Shown here: one piece after another, positions 31,171 to 32,000 of the stretch
Position numbering within the stretch: position 1 is the first letter of the stretch
Layout: every line of letters starts with the position of its first letter
Source: Acaryochloris marina MBIC11017
GTDB taxonomy: Bacteria; Cyanobacteriota; Cyanobacteriia; Thermosynechococcales; Thermosynechococcaceae
Reading direction: 5' to 3'
Length of the DNA: 32,000 bases
Assembly (NCBI RefSeq): GCF_000018105.1
Contig: NC_009928.1
Coordinates: 30,001-62,000 of the forward strand
Position numbers and translations under genes: made by a program
Notes under the pieces: model-generated
Told to the model about the DNA's origin: nothing
What the model saw: only the letters and a program-made list of their open reading frames with translations
The model's database searches: none

Positions 31171-32000
31171 ATGACAATCCAAACAATGATGCGTGCAATT
31201 CATATGACCAAGATTGGTGGCCCCGAAGTTCTTCAACTAGCGCATGCTCCTCGTTCTATCGCCCAAGCAAATGAGGCTTTAATTCGACTGAGCTATTCTG
31301 GGGTCAACTATAACGACGTCATGGTTCGCACCGATTTCTTTCGCCATCCCGGCGCTTCAGCCCCTGAACTACCGTTGATCTTGGGCGAAGAAGGTGCCGG
31401 AATTGTTGAAGCAGTGGGCTCTGATGATGACAATTTTACCCCTGGACAACGTGTTGGGTTCTTTTGGGATAAGACAAAAACCTATGCCGAATATGCGGCT
31501 GTCCCAGCGGAAAAACTTTTTGTCCTACCAGACGATATCTCGGAAGAGGTGGCTGTTGCTTTAATTCATTCTGGTTTGACGGCAAGGGCGTTGCTCTATG
31601 AATATCGTCCAATCGAGAAAGATATGCCCGTATTAATCACGGGTGCTAGCGGAAGTATTGGATCGGTTTTAGTCCCGTGGGCCAGCCAATTGGGCGCGAA
31701 AGTGATAGCTACGGTTACCTCTGTTGCTCAATCAGTTGGTTACAACAGGGTTAGTTGCATTACTACTCACCTATGTCGTGATGCCACAGCTAATGAAGCT
31801 CTTTCGTCGATGGCTATCGTCTTGACGATCACTCCATTCAATCAAATCCTCCATAAGTTTTCAATCGGTTCAAATCCCTTCACCGTATTCTCAAACATGG
31901 CTTCCACTCGTTCAAATCAACCTTATAAAAAGACTCAACCTGCTTCAATTAGCACCGATAAAGTGTTTCTAGCAAACCCTGCGCCATCTGATTTACCTTC
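31171..32000 (+). CDS. MDR-superfamily quinone oxidoreductase (3' end beyond the window)
   Basis: Not in the ORF track because there is no stop before the edge. I translated it by hand from the ATG at 31171: MTIQTMMRAIHMTKIGGPEVLQL...GVNYNDVMVRTD...LPLILGEEGAGIVEAVG...ITGASGSIGSVLVPWASQLGAKVIA. The frame stays open to 32000. Confidence 0.8.
   Translation, partial: MTIQTMMRAIHMTKIGGPEVLQLAHAPRSIAQANEALIRLSYSGVNYNDVMVRTDFFRHPGASAPELPLILGEEGAGIVEAVGSDDDNFTPGQRVGFFWDKTKTYAEYAAVPAEKLFVLPDDISEEVAVALIHSGLTARALLYEYRPIEKDMPVLITGASGSIGSVLVPWASQLGAKVIATVTSVAQSVGYNRVSCITTHLCRDATANEALSSMAIVLTITPFNQILHKFSIGSNPFTVFSNMASTRSNQPYKKTQPASISTDKVFLANPAPSDLP

Noticed and set aside
31861-31885. tRNA-like T-loop sequence GGTTCAAATCC
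   Set aside because: The flanking bases cannot form a T-stem (atcgg versus ccctt) or an acceptor stem. It lies inside an open coding frame.
31730-32000. Apparent loss of MDR similarity after GAKVIATVTS, with TCAAATC repeated three times (31843, 31870, 31912) and TTCAATC twice, suggesting an inserted element end
   Set aside because: On re-reading, the translation still follows the MDR C-terminal pattern loosely (A.SVG..RV ; IVLT...L..S ; FTVFSNMAS, compare G.LV.FG..SG). The frame stays open to the edge. The short repeats alone do not support an insertion.
1-32000. Searched for CRISPR arrays, rRNA/tRNA genes, IS/transposase or integrase genes, and toxin-antitoxin pairs
   Set aside because: No array of three or more spaced repeats and no recognisable RNA gene signatures were found. 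No DDE/tyrosine/serine recombinase motifs appeared in any long ORF. Only two-copy tandem repeats were found, and these are reported separately.

Overview
The window reads as cyanobacterial DNA. It has three HIP1 octamers (GCGATCGC at 12260, 22485 and 30205), a cyanobacterial-style short SSB and an RRM protein. It is most likely part of a large conjugative plasmid or ICE. There are four blocks. (1) 1-12.3 kb is one long minus-strand, translationally coupled operon for a divergent type IV secretion/conjugation apparatus. Only the VirB3/VirB4-type ATPase is unambiguous. The other components are called from topology and position (VirB10/TrbI-, VirB8-, VirB6/TrbL- and TrbJ/VirB5-like). The operon also holds an odd 697-aa ORF that joins a sigma-70 region 2/3 module in frame to a signal-peptide/periplasmic module. 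(2) 13.4-16.9 kb is a 1174-aa Zn-finger + Toprim + P-loop NTPase protein (a primase-helicase Rep-like architecture). One internal segment of it has codon usage that fits an alternative reading frame better. (3) 17.6-23.5 kb is an accessory, leading-region-like segment. It holds two tandem ParB/Srx paralogs (one with a degenerate methyltransferase-like tail), a perfect inverted repeat with 35-bp arms, and a strongly AT-rich three-gene cassette (HTH protein, PPC/DUF296 protein, nitrilase-superfamily hydrolase). An SSB and an orphan gene follow. (4) 23.6-32 kb holds ordinary-looking genes: an N-terminally atypical RRM protein, an AraC-HTH/O6-alkylguanine methyltransferase, an EamA transporter, and two LysR-controlled redox modules (NTF2/SnoaL-like proteins, MDR oxidoreductases, an F420-type NADP reductase). 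I recognised no rRNA, tRNA, CRISPR array, transposase, integrase, relaxase or coupling protein. All functional calls come from motifs and architecture read by eye. No database search was run.
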